A DNA stretch of 63,996 nucleotides, filler included, from Octopus bimaculoides (Eukaryota), in assembly GCF_001194135.2 (NCBI RefSeq). It is 5 parts of 5 records of this genome, joined end to end, with 100 filler letters (N's around TTAATTAATTAA, not from the genome) between each part and the next. Parts side by side here need not be neighbours in the genome. Positions count along the whole stretch, not along the records: positions 26,229 to 50,771 come from NC_068982.1; 4 more parts are not named here. One strand, written 5' to 3'. This document shows, piece after piece, positions 38,252 through 50,217 of the stretch. The position numbers and the translations under genes are program-made. The notes beneath the pieces are model-generated. The model saw only the letters and a program-made list of their open reading frames with translations. It searched no databases and was not told the origin of the DNA. Within the stretch, counting starts at the first letter, position 1. Every line of letters starts with the position of its first letter.

Positions 38252-38994
38252 TACTGTGATTTTCTAGAGGTGGGATGTAGAGGCTTTGCGGGATACTCAC
38301 TCTACTGAGTGCTCAATGATTTAGCTTTGCAGAATGGAAAAGGAGAGAGCTTAGACCTTTCTATCGGCGCGCGAAGCCACAAGCAAAGCCGCGTAATTTT
38401 GGATTAAAAGGGTTAATCCGCGCTCATTTCGATTTGCTACTGTACACTCGATTGCAATGGGTTAATTGTAGTAGAGAGAACGTAGGTGCAGCCCTTTCTA
38501 CTACCAGCTGTCACATACTGGATGTTCTGTTGTGTCTAGGGCGGGGAAACCGAGACGGTGTATGTCTTCTGGTGATTATAAAGGTATCTAACACAAGGAA
38601 TGCATTGTACACGTTACCAGGACATACTCGTGAATGATGACGAGTTGCATTTAACTGAAAAACAGAAAGACAGACAGACAGAAAGACAGACAGGCAGGTA
38701 GACAGCTAGACAGACAGAGAGATAGATAAATGATTAGAGAGAGAAAGAGAAAGAGAGAGTGATAGGTAGGTACATAGATATTTACATAAATTAAAAGAAA
38801 ACTGCCCAAAGGCAGTTGATTCTTCTTGCGAGATTAATTGCTAATTCGATAATAAAAGAGCACTGTCTTCATATTTAAGAAATAACAAAAGTAGATTTGA
38901 TCATATCAATCTTAGAAAGAATATATTAGACATACATGCAAACATACATACACACACATACGCATACATATTATATATCATGTATATAAATATA

Positions 38995-39034
<40 letters not shown>

Positions 39035-39052
39035 CGTGTGTGTGTGTGTATG

Positions 39053-39095
<43 letters not shown>

Positions 39096-39255
39096 CGTGA
39101 GAAAGAGAAAGAGAGAACGAGAGAGGAGAGAAGTAGTTTAAAGTGATATTACGTACATAGTAATTCTATAAACAAAGAGAACTTAATACCATTTGTAAAG
39201 TAAATATTTAATGCAGAGCTATAACCCTTGCATACAGCATCGCGTTATAAATAAT

Positions 39256-39299
<44 letters not shown>

Positions 39300-40559
39300 C
39301 CCCATCAAATCAATATTACCTATTGTCTTCAATGCAACCACACATAATTCGCATAAAGACATGCGCGCGTGCGCATGCAGGTTTCCATCTGTACACGTGA
39401 GGAATGAAAAGCATTAATTTGGACTTTTATACATGAAGTCATAAAGACATTAATACGATGATGTCTAGAGGTGGGGGAAAGCGATAGGGTGCCGGGTTAA
39501 ATGCTTAAAATACCAGGTTTTGGTTGCTTTTTAACTTCGGTATTCAAATACGTCAGGTTTTTTTACATCGTCTCCCATCGCTGTAAACTGGATGAAATAT
39601 ACACCAGTAATACACAGAGTCAGTTTAATCGTCTGTCCCTTCCCATTCTTTCGATAAAAATTGGCCTAGCTATTGTGTGTGCCGCCCGGGGCGCGAAAAA
39701 TGTTTTTCCCACGAGAGTTCCAGACCCCAGTTATGAACTCATTTGCATTACGGCCAATCAGAGCTCAACTATCAAACTAATTTATGAGCCTATAGATGGG
39801 GTAGGTTGTTGTTGAGCCACCCAATATGATTTACTCAGAAAGCTGTAATCTCATTTGGTGGTAGACCCGGTGGAAGAATATACAAACAAGGTTGTAACTT
39901 AAACACGTTTATTGTGGCCACAAGTATATACATAATGGAATGATAAATAGAATGGTTGGTGTGTAGAGGCCATGGTTTTCTGTGCTTTGCTCCTATCTGG
40001 AAGCTGGCGTGTGGTATGAGAGAGAGAGAGAGAGCCAGTCAGGTTGCGTCTTCACAGCTCGTGTATCAGTGCAGAAATAGAGAAAGAGATGAGGTCGCGT
40101 GTCAGGACCTCACATTTTCATGCCTTCTAGCGGGCTTGTTTTTAATCGCTGTCAAAGGTGTGTAACTGCGCCTAGAAGCGCATAACAAGAGATGGGCGAT
40201 AAGATAAGGTCACTGGGTAAGGAATGACCATGCTTCTTTTCTCTTTTAATAATGCATCTTGATCTTGTTCTTGTTTTAACCATGGCTGCCTCTGCGTAGT
40301 TTATGTTGTTGTTTACTTTCTAAAACAGCAAGGGGAAAGGGTTGCTAACACATCACCCCCTACCCACATATTTTCCATCCACACCTTCACCATATGGGGC
40401 CCTAACAAAATTCTATAATAGGTATAGACACAAATCTAATTACTTGTCTCCTTCTAAAATCAGTCATAGCTTGGCGATCGGTCGATTTACAACATCGTTC
40501 TTCGTCAGCTCTGATTGGTTGTACGCAAATGAGTTCATTGGTGGGGTCCAGAATTCGCG

Positions 40560-40710
40560 TGGGAAAAAGAAATTTGCGCCCTGGACGGCCGTTCCGTTTG
40601 CCGCCCCCGGACCCCACGAAAAACACATTGCCTACAAAAGTGATGCCTCTTTAAAAGTGTCGCCCGGGGTGGACCGCCCCTACCGCCCCCCCCCCCTAGC
40701 CACGCTAGTG
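40560..40710 (-). mobile_element. GC-rich hAT-like MITE terminus
   Basis: Reverse complement cactagcgtggctaggggggggg..gcggtaggggcggtccaccccgggcgac resembles CAGTGGCGTAGCTAGGGG-type hAT MITE ends. Confidence 0.5.
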
Positions 40711-42397
40711 GCCTTATAGCTTTAGCCTTTACTTGGCTCAGTTATAGGACTGCAGCCATGCTACCGCACCGCATTGTAGCGTTAGTCGAAGAAATCGATG
40801 CCAGTACTTTGTTTAAAGTCTGGTACTCATCCCATCAATCTGTTTTGCTGAATCGCCAAGTTACGGGGGTGTGAACAACACCAGTAGTCAAGCGGTGAGG
40901 CACAGCACAAACACAAGGTCTCCCCTCCCNNNNNNNNNNNNNNNNNNNNNNNNNNNNNNNNNNNNNNNNNNNNNNNNNNNNNNNNNNNNNNNNNNNNNNN
41001 NNNNNNNNNNNNNNNNNNNNNNNNNNNNNNNNNNNNNNNNNNNNNNNNNNNNNNNNNNNNNNNNNNNNNNNNNNNNNNNNNNNNNNNNNNNNNNNNNNNN
41101 NNNNNNNNNNNNNNNNNNNNNNNNNNNNNNNNNNNNNNNNNNNNNNNNNNNNNNNNNNNNNNNNNNNTAATGATGTGCAAATGTATCCTTTTATAAAGAA
41201 AAAACGAAATAAAGTATGATTTGAGGGAGACATGGCAGCTAATTTTTACACACAAGTCAAGCGACCCTGTACTCTAGTTCGTTGTTGTTGCTGTTCTTAG
41301 TTCAGCACCTTTTGTCTTTTTATTTTTTTAAAAATCTTTTTCATGCATATTATTTCAAGAATGGTAGGATAAGATTTGGAGATGTGGCTGCTATTTCTAC
41401 TCGCAAGTCAAATGACTGTGCTGAGTTTTCTGTTGCTCTTGTTAACGTTGTCAACTCTTGGTTGTTGATGGATAATGTCTCTGAGACTACATTATCAATT
41501 GTGTTCTTCAGTAGGATGTGATTTGAGGGAGATTTAGTAGTTACTTCTAGCAGATTAACCGATCACATAGAGGTCCCCACCACTGGCTCATGATACATTC
41601 TCGACTACATGTAGTGTGTACATCTGTCAACGACACCAATTCTCAAGCGTCGAATCCAAACTGGTGAAGTTTACCAGGTCACGGCTAAAATAACGACAGC
41701 AACCGACATTAAGGTGAAAGTATTCTGAATTCCAGCCAATATTTCTGCATGCATCTATCAATTATTCATACATTATGGTCAGTCGGACCACGAAGTTTTC
41801 GCTATTCTCTTCCCACGGTGAAGTTAGTTCTAACAGCACTACAGAGCAGAATACTGTTACTACGCACTATTGAACCAACATGTCTGTTAATTTTAATAGA
41901 AGGAGACTAACTTCACGTGGTCGAACGGCTTTCTAGAAATAGCAGTGTAATCTCCGGCAAATATCATCCTAGTCAAATCGGCTTCCCAGGCAATACGTTT
42001 AAAAATATCAACGCATCATAACGCATCTTGAAGTTCAGTGAACACAGAAGTTTGCTTTCGTTGAGATGTCTATTAACCTACTACTCTCACTCTCACTCTC
42101 ACTCTCTCACACTCACTCACTCTCACTCTCTCATACATACACACACACACTCTCGCTCTCTCTCTCTCTCTCTCCCTCCCTCCACACGCACACATATACA
42201 AACATTTATGCCCAACATTTGTATTACAAAATTACGTGCCTGTATTAATTTCATATAAAATGTATTTTCTGTAATTAGGTAAATAAAGTGATAGTCTTTA
42301 GTTGACTGGTTCGTACTATCTCTAATCAACATTACCTGCTGTCATTAACAAGGCGAGATACATGAGACAATGTAGTTCAATATATGTTGTGTCTAAG

Positions 42398-43050
42398 ACA
42401 GAATCGTTAGCACGCCGGGCGAAATGCTTAGCGGTATTTCGCCCGTCGCTACGTTCTGAGTTCAAATTCTACCGAGGTCGACTTCGCCTTCCATCCTTTC
42501 GGGTTCGATAAATTAAATGCCAGTTGCACACTGGGATCGATCTAATCGACTGGCCCTCTCCCCAAAAATTTCGAGCCTTGTGCTTAGAATAGAAAATATT
42601 ATATTAAAGCGGTGAACTGGCAGAAACGTTAGCACGCCGGGCGAAATTCTTAGCGATATTTCGCCCGTCGCTACGTTCTGAGTTCAAATTCCGCCGACGT
42701 CGACTTTGCCTCTCATCTTTTCAGGGTCGATAAATTAAGTACCAGTTGCGTACTGGAGTCGATCTAATCAACTGGGCCCCTCTCCCAAAATTTCGGCCCT
42801 TGTGCCTAGAGTAGAAAAGAATATATGTTGTGTCTAAGGCGGCGAGCTGGCAGAATCGTTAACACGCCGGGCAAAATACTCAGCAGTATTTCGACTGTCT
42901 TTACGTTCTAAGTTCAAAATCCGCCGAGGTCGACTTTGCCTTTCATCCTTTTGGAGTCGATAAAATAAGTACTACTTAATCAGTGAGGTCGATGTAATTG
43001 ATTTTCCCCGCTTCTCCGAACTTGCTGGTCTTATGCCAAAATCGGAAATC
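42398..43050 (+). mobile_element. Three head-to-tail SINE family C copies
   Basis: Each has gcagaa.cgtta.cacgccgggc...gagttcaaa(t)tccgccgaggtcgactttgcctttcatccttt.ggggtcgataaa (Meta-domain-like core). Confidence 0.9.
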
Positions 43051-43484
43051 AATATAAGCTCTGTCTAACATATGGTTAGTCTCTCATCGAAAACGATGTA
43101 TGAGTGTTCAGTAATGAGATCAGAAGCAACTCCAGACCAATGACCTGTTGAACAGGAAAGTCACAGGCTACGAACTCAAAATTTCCTGTTCAGCATGCAG
43201 TGTTTTCCAATTAACTGTCGTCACTGATATACGGTTGTACCAACATCAAACCACGACACTACGTGATCTTCCTCGACCAATCACAGCTCACCTTACAGTA
43301 ATAGCAATCAACTTTTTTCATTCAAATTCAAAATGGCTGAAGATCAGCATCACGCTTGAAACTCTCGGAGTACCAGCAAATTTGAATCAAACTGTTTTGA
43401 TCCATACATGTAACTCCCAATAAGTTTGTTGAGTGCCCTTCTTTCGTTTGTCTACTCACTCGTATACATACGTGTGTCTATGCA

Positions 43485-43585
<101 letters not shown>

Positions 43586-43823
43586 GTACATGATAGATCG
43601 CTGACCACTACACATACTTTTTTTCTCTCCTTGTTTCTTTCTGTGTTCCTTTCAGTTGAAGAGCGTAGGCTCGAAACGTTAAAGACTTTCTCTATTCCCG
43701 AGCGTTATACTAATACATCCATTTGTTGTTTACACCACCTGTCCTCGTCTTTTGCCTTTTCGTGAATTCGCCCATACGTACATGTATACATATATATACA
43801 TGTATATGTATATATATATACAA

Positions 43824-43886
<63 letters not shown>

Positions 43887-44175
43887 TAATTGCATAAATA
43901 CACACACACACATACATAATTACATAAATACACACACACATATATCGCGGTGGGGAGGTTGTCTCCCTTGTCAGTACATAGAACTGTGCTTTGTTCATTG
44001 TTAAAGAGTCTTTGAATCTTGTTTCTTTGAATCTGGTGCTACCCTACATCCTTAGTCACTTTTAGTGAGAGTTACACTTTACTTTTTTGGCTTTAAATTG
44101 CATCTAGCCACTTTAATAATTATATACATGCACACACACACTTGGTACTCCTCTACTTCATCTACCTATGTTTCC

Positions 44176-44342
44176 GTATTCAGCAACGCTTGATGCCACA
44201 CTATGAATGCAATCCGTTGATGCACCTCATAAGGTTAGCCTGCTCAGTCAAATGCTTCTTTATTTGACTGAAGAAGTGTTCGATTGTGTATGTTGCCCTT
44301 ACGGATTGCATTCATAGTGTGATATCAAGTGTTGCTGAATAC
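44176..44342. repeat. 167-bp hairpin with 42-bp inverted arms (MITE-like)
   Basis: 44176-44217 versus 44301-44342 with 3 mismatches; internal cagtcaaat/atttgactg stem. Confidence 0.85.
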
Positions 44343-45289
44343 TGAAGAACATGCAGGAGATGAAATTAAAGGAGTATGAAGGTCGATCCCACATTCTTTT
44401 CTCTCGTTATTGATGTACTCTCTACATTAGGTCATAGCACTATTCAGACCACAAAGGACCCCGTGAGATCAGGCAACGGTGGGAGTTTAGCGTAATTAAC
44501 ATTAACGCCCGAAACCTGAATGGTAAAATTGTTGCCTGCCGAGCGCATCCAATCATGTGCGTGTGTGCGTGTGCGCATGTGTGTGTGTAAAGTGGTTTGG
44601 GCTGGAATAAATTTGATCGTAGCTCAGTCCAATCAATTGAGGCTAACACCGGACTAAAAATTAAAAAAAGAAATAACTACACTAATTTAACAAAGCCTGC
44701 TTCTACCTTCCAAGTTCCCTGCCGCCTTTCATTGACTAATTTTCTTCGGTCAAGATGGCTTCACGTTGCGTTTATTATCTCTCTCTCGATAACCTTTCCT
44801 TAATATTTATGGATGATTCAGTTAGTCGGTCTCTTTACTCACTGCGCCTTCACATCAACCTTCTTTTTTTTTTTTACATTAATGTCTCACAACCACACAA
44901 AGCCTTCTGTTTCCGATTAAAACCTTTTAGATTATGTGCCGGTTTTAGTGCAACGAAGCGCCATTGAATATTGGTTACAATTGCAGTTAATTACTATTAC
45001 AGTTTAAGTATCTATTTTAAATTACATATCAAAAGTAAAAGGAAATTGATTCTCATTTGTTCCAACGTTGAATATTCCAGTTATTCGACTGCTTCCCCAT
45101 TGTATTGTAGTGTAAGTGGCCGAGTAGTCTACTGACACGTGTACTGTTTAAGAATTCATTCCTCAATCAGAAGTAGATCACCAAAGGATGTAATAAGGTT
45201 GCTTCTTTGAATTACAAGTACATGAAATACACGAAAGAACAAAGAACAAAGAACAAAGGATGGATAAAAAATCTTCTATAGAACGAAAT

Positions 45290-45703
45290 TCCTCGTGTAG
45301 GTAGTTTCGTAGAAGGTGGTGAATGGAATGGGAGATCCTCGTGTGGCTAGCTGCGTAACAGAGTGCGAATGGAATGGGATATCCTCGTGTAGGTAGCTTC
45401 GTAGCAGGGTGTGAAAGAAATGGGAGATCCTTGTGTAGGTAGCTTCGTAGTAGGGTGTGAATGGAATGGGAGATCCTCGTGTAGGTAGCTTCGTAGCAAG
45501 GTGTGAATGGAATGGGAGATTCTCGTGTGGCTAGCTTCGTAGCAGGGTGTGAATGGAATGGGATATTCTCGTGTAGGTAGCTCCGTAGCAGGGTGTGAAT
45601 GGAATGGGATATCCTCGTGTAGGTAGCTCCGTAGCAGGGTATGAAGGAAATGGGAGATCCTTGTGTAGGTAGCTTCGTAGTAGAGTATGAAAGAAATGGG
45701 AGA
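45290..45703. repeat. 46-bp minisatellite, 9 copies
   Basis: Unit tcctcgtgtaggtagcttcgtagcagggtgtgaatggaatgggaga; 9 x 46 = 414 bp. Confidence 0.95.
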
Positions 45704-46789
45704 CAGAAGAGATGCAGAAAGGAAACGTGGGATTGCAGTTGAAGAAAGATTGTAAAGAGAGGTAAGGAGCGAGTAAACAGTGCATGTGTTGTAGTGGTGT
45801 GTGATGTATGGTGTGTATAGTGGAATAAGGTGGCGTTGCGTATATATAGCTATTATAACTGGAACGACGTAGTTTATGTGTTGTATGGACGTGTGTATGT
45901 AAATGAAGGAATCCGTTTGCTTAAGCCATGTGGTTCAAGTGATCAGAGGCAACAAATAAGTTGTTGTTTACATAGTAACACCGTAATGCAGGTCAAGTAC
46001 GTCATTTATGCACAGGAGAATTGGGGTACGGGTCATAACCGGACTATGGTGCACATTATAATTGATAGAATGTTGGGTATAGAGTGTTAGTCAACACTTG
46101 TTACAGTGAGGGCAGTCTGGTAGAAAACTTTACGTCTAAGAGCCGAAAAACGGTTCAGCCCATGGACGAGCCAAACTACTAATCTATAAAATATGCATAT
46201 TTAGTTAACTTTTCCTCTCTGTAATAGATGAGAAATTGAACTACCAGTGTTCTTGTCTATTTCAAGATTTTTATTGTTTGCTACTCCGCGCAGAAATATA
46301 AATTTCAACCGTGCTACAAGTTAACGAAACAATCTTTAATTATACATTTCTTCATCAGGAGCAGCTGTCGGTACACAGCTACTTATAAGAAAAATAGCCA
46401 ATAACAGTTGTTACTGCTGCTGTTGTTGTTGATGATGATGAGGAGGAGGAGGTTGGTGGTGTTTTATGGCTCATAGGTGGAGGATGGGGTGCGCCCATGC
46501 CAATTTTGCAGTAGCTCTGAGACTAGTGGAAGAAACTGAAAATCTAGTCCAAATATTTGCAATAAAGCAAACACCACTAAAACCACCCAAGGATCAAACG
46601 GTGGTGCCAAACCACCCGATAGATTAACTCTAAATATTTTAAGCCATTAATATAATGTAACGTCGATGGTGGTACACGAACTGACAACCCTTTACTTGGG
46701 AATCCAACAATTTATTAAGTTAACTACTACCTCGAGGCTAATTTTAAACATAATAGATCGCAGTCTTGGTCACATAATCTTCTAAAGGC

Positions 46790-46980
46790 GTTTTCTCTTC
46801 TGCAACTGAATACAATTCAATTTACTGCCATTGTCAGCTAAATACAAGAAATGTTGAACTTATTTTAATATCATAGCTATAAAAGAAACTTCCATTAATA
46901 GATTCACGAGTAACACTACACCTATTACTTAGAGGATTTTGTGAAAATAGCGGAGGACTAAGAGCATTAGTCAGATAAAC
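46790..46980 (+). mobile_element. Possible LINE APE endonuclease remnant
   Basis: LLQLN, NIIAIKET and SGGLRALV motifs in order across frameshifts. Confidence 0.4.
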
Positions 46981-48273
46981 GAAGTTAAGCCGTTCCGACT
47001 GGCAATCGAAACGGGGTCATAGTCTATATTTTGTTGAGATTTCACTGCAGCATTACATAAGCTGTAGCAGACAAGTCAACGAGGGAACCTATATGTGGTG
47101 GCTCAAACTGCTAAAAATTACTGGTAAATTTCTCTCGAATCCCACTCTATCATGTAAATACTAAAAATGCTAAAATTGAAAGACCGCCCGAACATGAAGG
47201 TGTACAGTTTGTTATTGTAGCCAAATTTTAATCCTCATAGTCTCTGTCACTACCTTAAAATACACATTCAAACACCCAAATATATGTACAATACACTAGA
47301 ACACTATTGCAACACTATCCTAAAATTCTTATCACTTCCATCCAATTCAGAAAAAAAAAACGTATACAGAGAAATAGCTGCAACAGCCATAACTTTTCTC
47401 GCATCGCACATTACACGATACAGCACAGCATATCAGAAGACCATACTGTATATTGCGTAATACAGTCTTCAGGTGGGTAAACTGGATAAATAGACTACAT
47501 CTGTGTGCTATAGATCTAGTCAATCGGTACTGATTCGGGGATTAAGGAACAAGAAATGAAGGAGGTGCTGAATAAAGGAGTCCTAGGTATGGGCTATGGC
47601 TGAGAAAGGACGTAAATGATAGATGATCATTGCTGCAACAACTTTCCCCTTTACTGGATCAGGATTGACACAGAGTTATGCAAAACCGAACACGGTAAAA
47701 AAGTGAATTTTTTTAAATAGTAGAATGAGGTACTGAGAGTTGCCACTTTAATTACTGAAGTAGTCCAGTTTGATTTTATTTCTATAGCCCTCACTAAAGA
47801 ATGCATTGGATAAAATTGGTCACTGACCTCCTTTATTTTCTTTCTCTTTTATGATATTGTTGTATGTTTCGTTAATCTTCTCCAGACGATCTTTGGCCAA
47901 ATTAAGCTGGCTGTAGTTAGCTGCATGTGTTTTAGACACAAGATTGTATAAGGAGTATATGTTTTTACTTGATTCTGAAAATATGGATTAAATTTAATAT
48001 TAGCAAAAAAAAAAAAGGCTTCTTTTGAAAACATTTAAGAATGATGACACGTTTAAGTCTAAATATAATTTTTTACTCATTACTCTCTAAAAAAAAAACA
48101 ATACCTGTCAATCTATTTCTGTCTCCATTTTATTATAATCGATCAACAACTGTACACAAAGGATTTCTTTTAATGTCGAGAGCATACGCAGGCACATAAT
48201 CTTTGTAACATGGGGTAGGTGAAGACTTAATCAAAAAAAAAAAAAATGAGGCGGCACCCATAATCTTTTTCAG

Positions 48274-48438
48274 CACTTCCATGATTCGTGGGAGGAATGG
48301 AATGAGTTATCCTCAGAGCAGAGATTTGACCAGAATGCTTACAACAGATTGGATTCCGCTAAAGTCATCCAAGGGCCAGGTAGTGATATTAAACCAAGCG
48401 ACGGATTAACATCACTACCACCCATTGCAATAGGATGA
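48274..48438 (+). CDS. Candidate terminal coding exon: HFHDSWEEWNELSSEQRFDQNAYNRLDSAKVIQGPGSDIKPSDGLTSLPPIAIG*
   Basis: Acceptor atctttttcag|, 54 codons of non-repetitive protein-like sequence ending in TGA. Upstream exons not established. Confidence 0.45.
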   Translation, partial: HFHDSWEEWNELSSEQRFDQNAYNRLDSAKVIQGPGSDIKPSDGLTSLPPIAIG

Positions 48439-49631
48439 TAAAACAGATATAACCTCTTCATTTAACTATTTTGGAACTAATTCTTCATCCAACCAATCAG
48501 GAATCCCTTTCTAAGGTCGGGTTTGCCTCACTACCGAAGTTTTACTAAACATAGCTCAGTAGAATACGGACAAATCCATGCTGGACGTCTCAGTATTCAA
48601 ACACAATAGCGTTGATCAACGGAACATATAACTCGTAGTCAATCAACGCAAAGGACAGTTAAAACATGTTAGGTACATTATTTCAGCTACGTAAGTTGAA
48701 GAGGGAAGAATTCTATGCTTTACCTAAGAGTGTTCATTAGGCATTTATTGTAGTTATAATGGCAAACTTCAGCTGTCGTTTCCACTCACATGCCGTGCGG
48801 TGTTGCAGTCAAATAAGAAATTACAAAGTATTCAAATTAAAGAAAAAATAAATTAAATTCTATTCTACAGTTGGTGCCCACTTAAATTATAGGCATGCTC
48901 TTTTCGCCTAAGTGGAATTCATATACAGAAAAAATTCTGGAAAAAGTCAGGTAAAGTGTGAAATTTTACAGAATCACGTTGAAATCTACGTTAATACAAA
49001 TCATATGAAATTATCCTTTTCTACTCTAAGCACAAGGCCCGAAATTTTGAGGGAGGGGGTCAGTCGATTAGATCGACCCTAGTACGCAACTGGTACTTAA
49101 CTTATCGACCATGAAAGGACGAGAGCCAAAGTCGACCTCGGCGGAAATTGAACTCAGAACGTAAAGACACGAAATACAGCTAAGCATTTCGCCCGGCGTG
49201 CTAACGTTTCTTATCTCTTTATTGCCCACAAGGGGCTAAACATAGAGGGGACAAACAAGGACAGACAAAGGGGTTAAGTCGATTACATCGACCCTAGTGC
49301 GTAACTGGTACTTAATTTATCGACCCCGAAAGGATGAAAGGCAAAGTCGACCTCGGCGGAATTTGAACTCAGAACATGAAGACAGACGAAATACAGCTAA
49401 GCATTTTGTCCGGCGTGCTAACAATTCTGCCAGCTCGCCGCCTTTAATACAGATCATATAAATTTATCGCAACACTCTTCTGAGAAATCTAAACATGAAC
49501 TACTAAGTTGCCGGTTCAAATCATGAAAGCAGCAACTTCAACCGCATTGGTAAGTTCAAACGTAAATATCCACAAACTATTATATTCAGTTCAAACTGTA
49601 TAAATATTACGAAATAAAGCTGAGGTGTAGT

Positions 49632-50217
49632 TTAACCCTTTTGGCTGTCCAAAGCACTTTTGCAAGTTTTTCTCTAAATGTCCATGCTTGTTTTCAGACT
49701 TTTAATTAGCATTTGTTTCATACCTTCTGAGGAGGCGCAATGGCCCAGTGGTTAGGGCAGCGGACTCGCGGTCATAGGATCGCGGTTCCGATCCCCAGAC
49801 CGGGCGTTGTGAGTGTTTATTGAGCGAAAACACCTAAAGCTCCACGAGGTTCTGGCAGGGGATGGTGGCGAACCCTGCTGTACTCTTCCACCACAACTTT
49901 CTCTCACTCTTACTTCCTGTTTCTGTTGTGCCTGTAATTCAAAGGGTCAGCCTTGTCACACTGTGTCACGCTGAATATCCCCGAGAACTACGTTAAGGGT
50001 ACACGTGTCTGTGGAGTGCACGTTAATTTCACGAGCAGGCTGATCGGATCAACTGGAACCCTCGACGTCGTAAGCGACGGAGTGCCAACAACAACAACAT
50101 ACCTTCTGAGTAATAAAAAGCGTTCTTTTCCTAAGTTCCAAGATACTATTAGTAGATGAAAAAAAGGAATGTGTATCTCTTATGATGCATGGGCACCAAG
50201 AACTGGCAAAGGGTTAA
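49632..50217. mobile_element. piggyBac-type MITE hosting a SINE B insertion
   Basis: TTAACCCTTT at 49632 and AAAGGGTTAA ending at 50217. Confidence 0.55.
49732..50097 (+). mobile_element. SINE family B with 13-bp TSD
   Basis: cataccttctgag at 49719-49731 and 50098-50110; (AAC)n tail. Confidence 0.92.
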
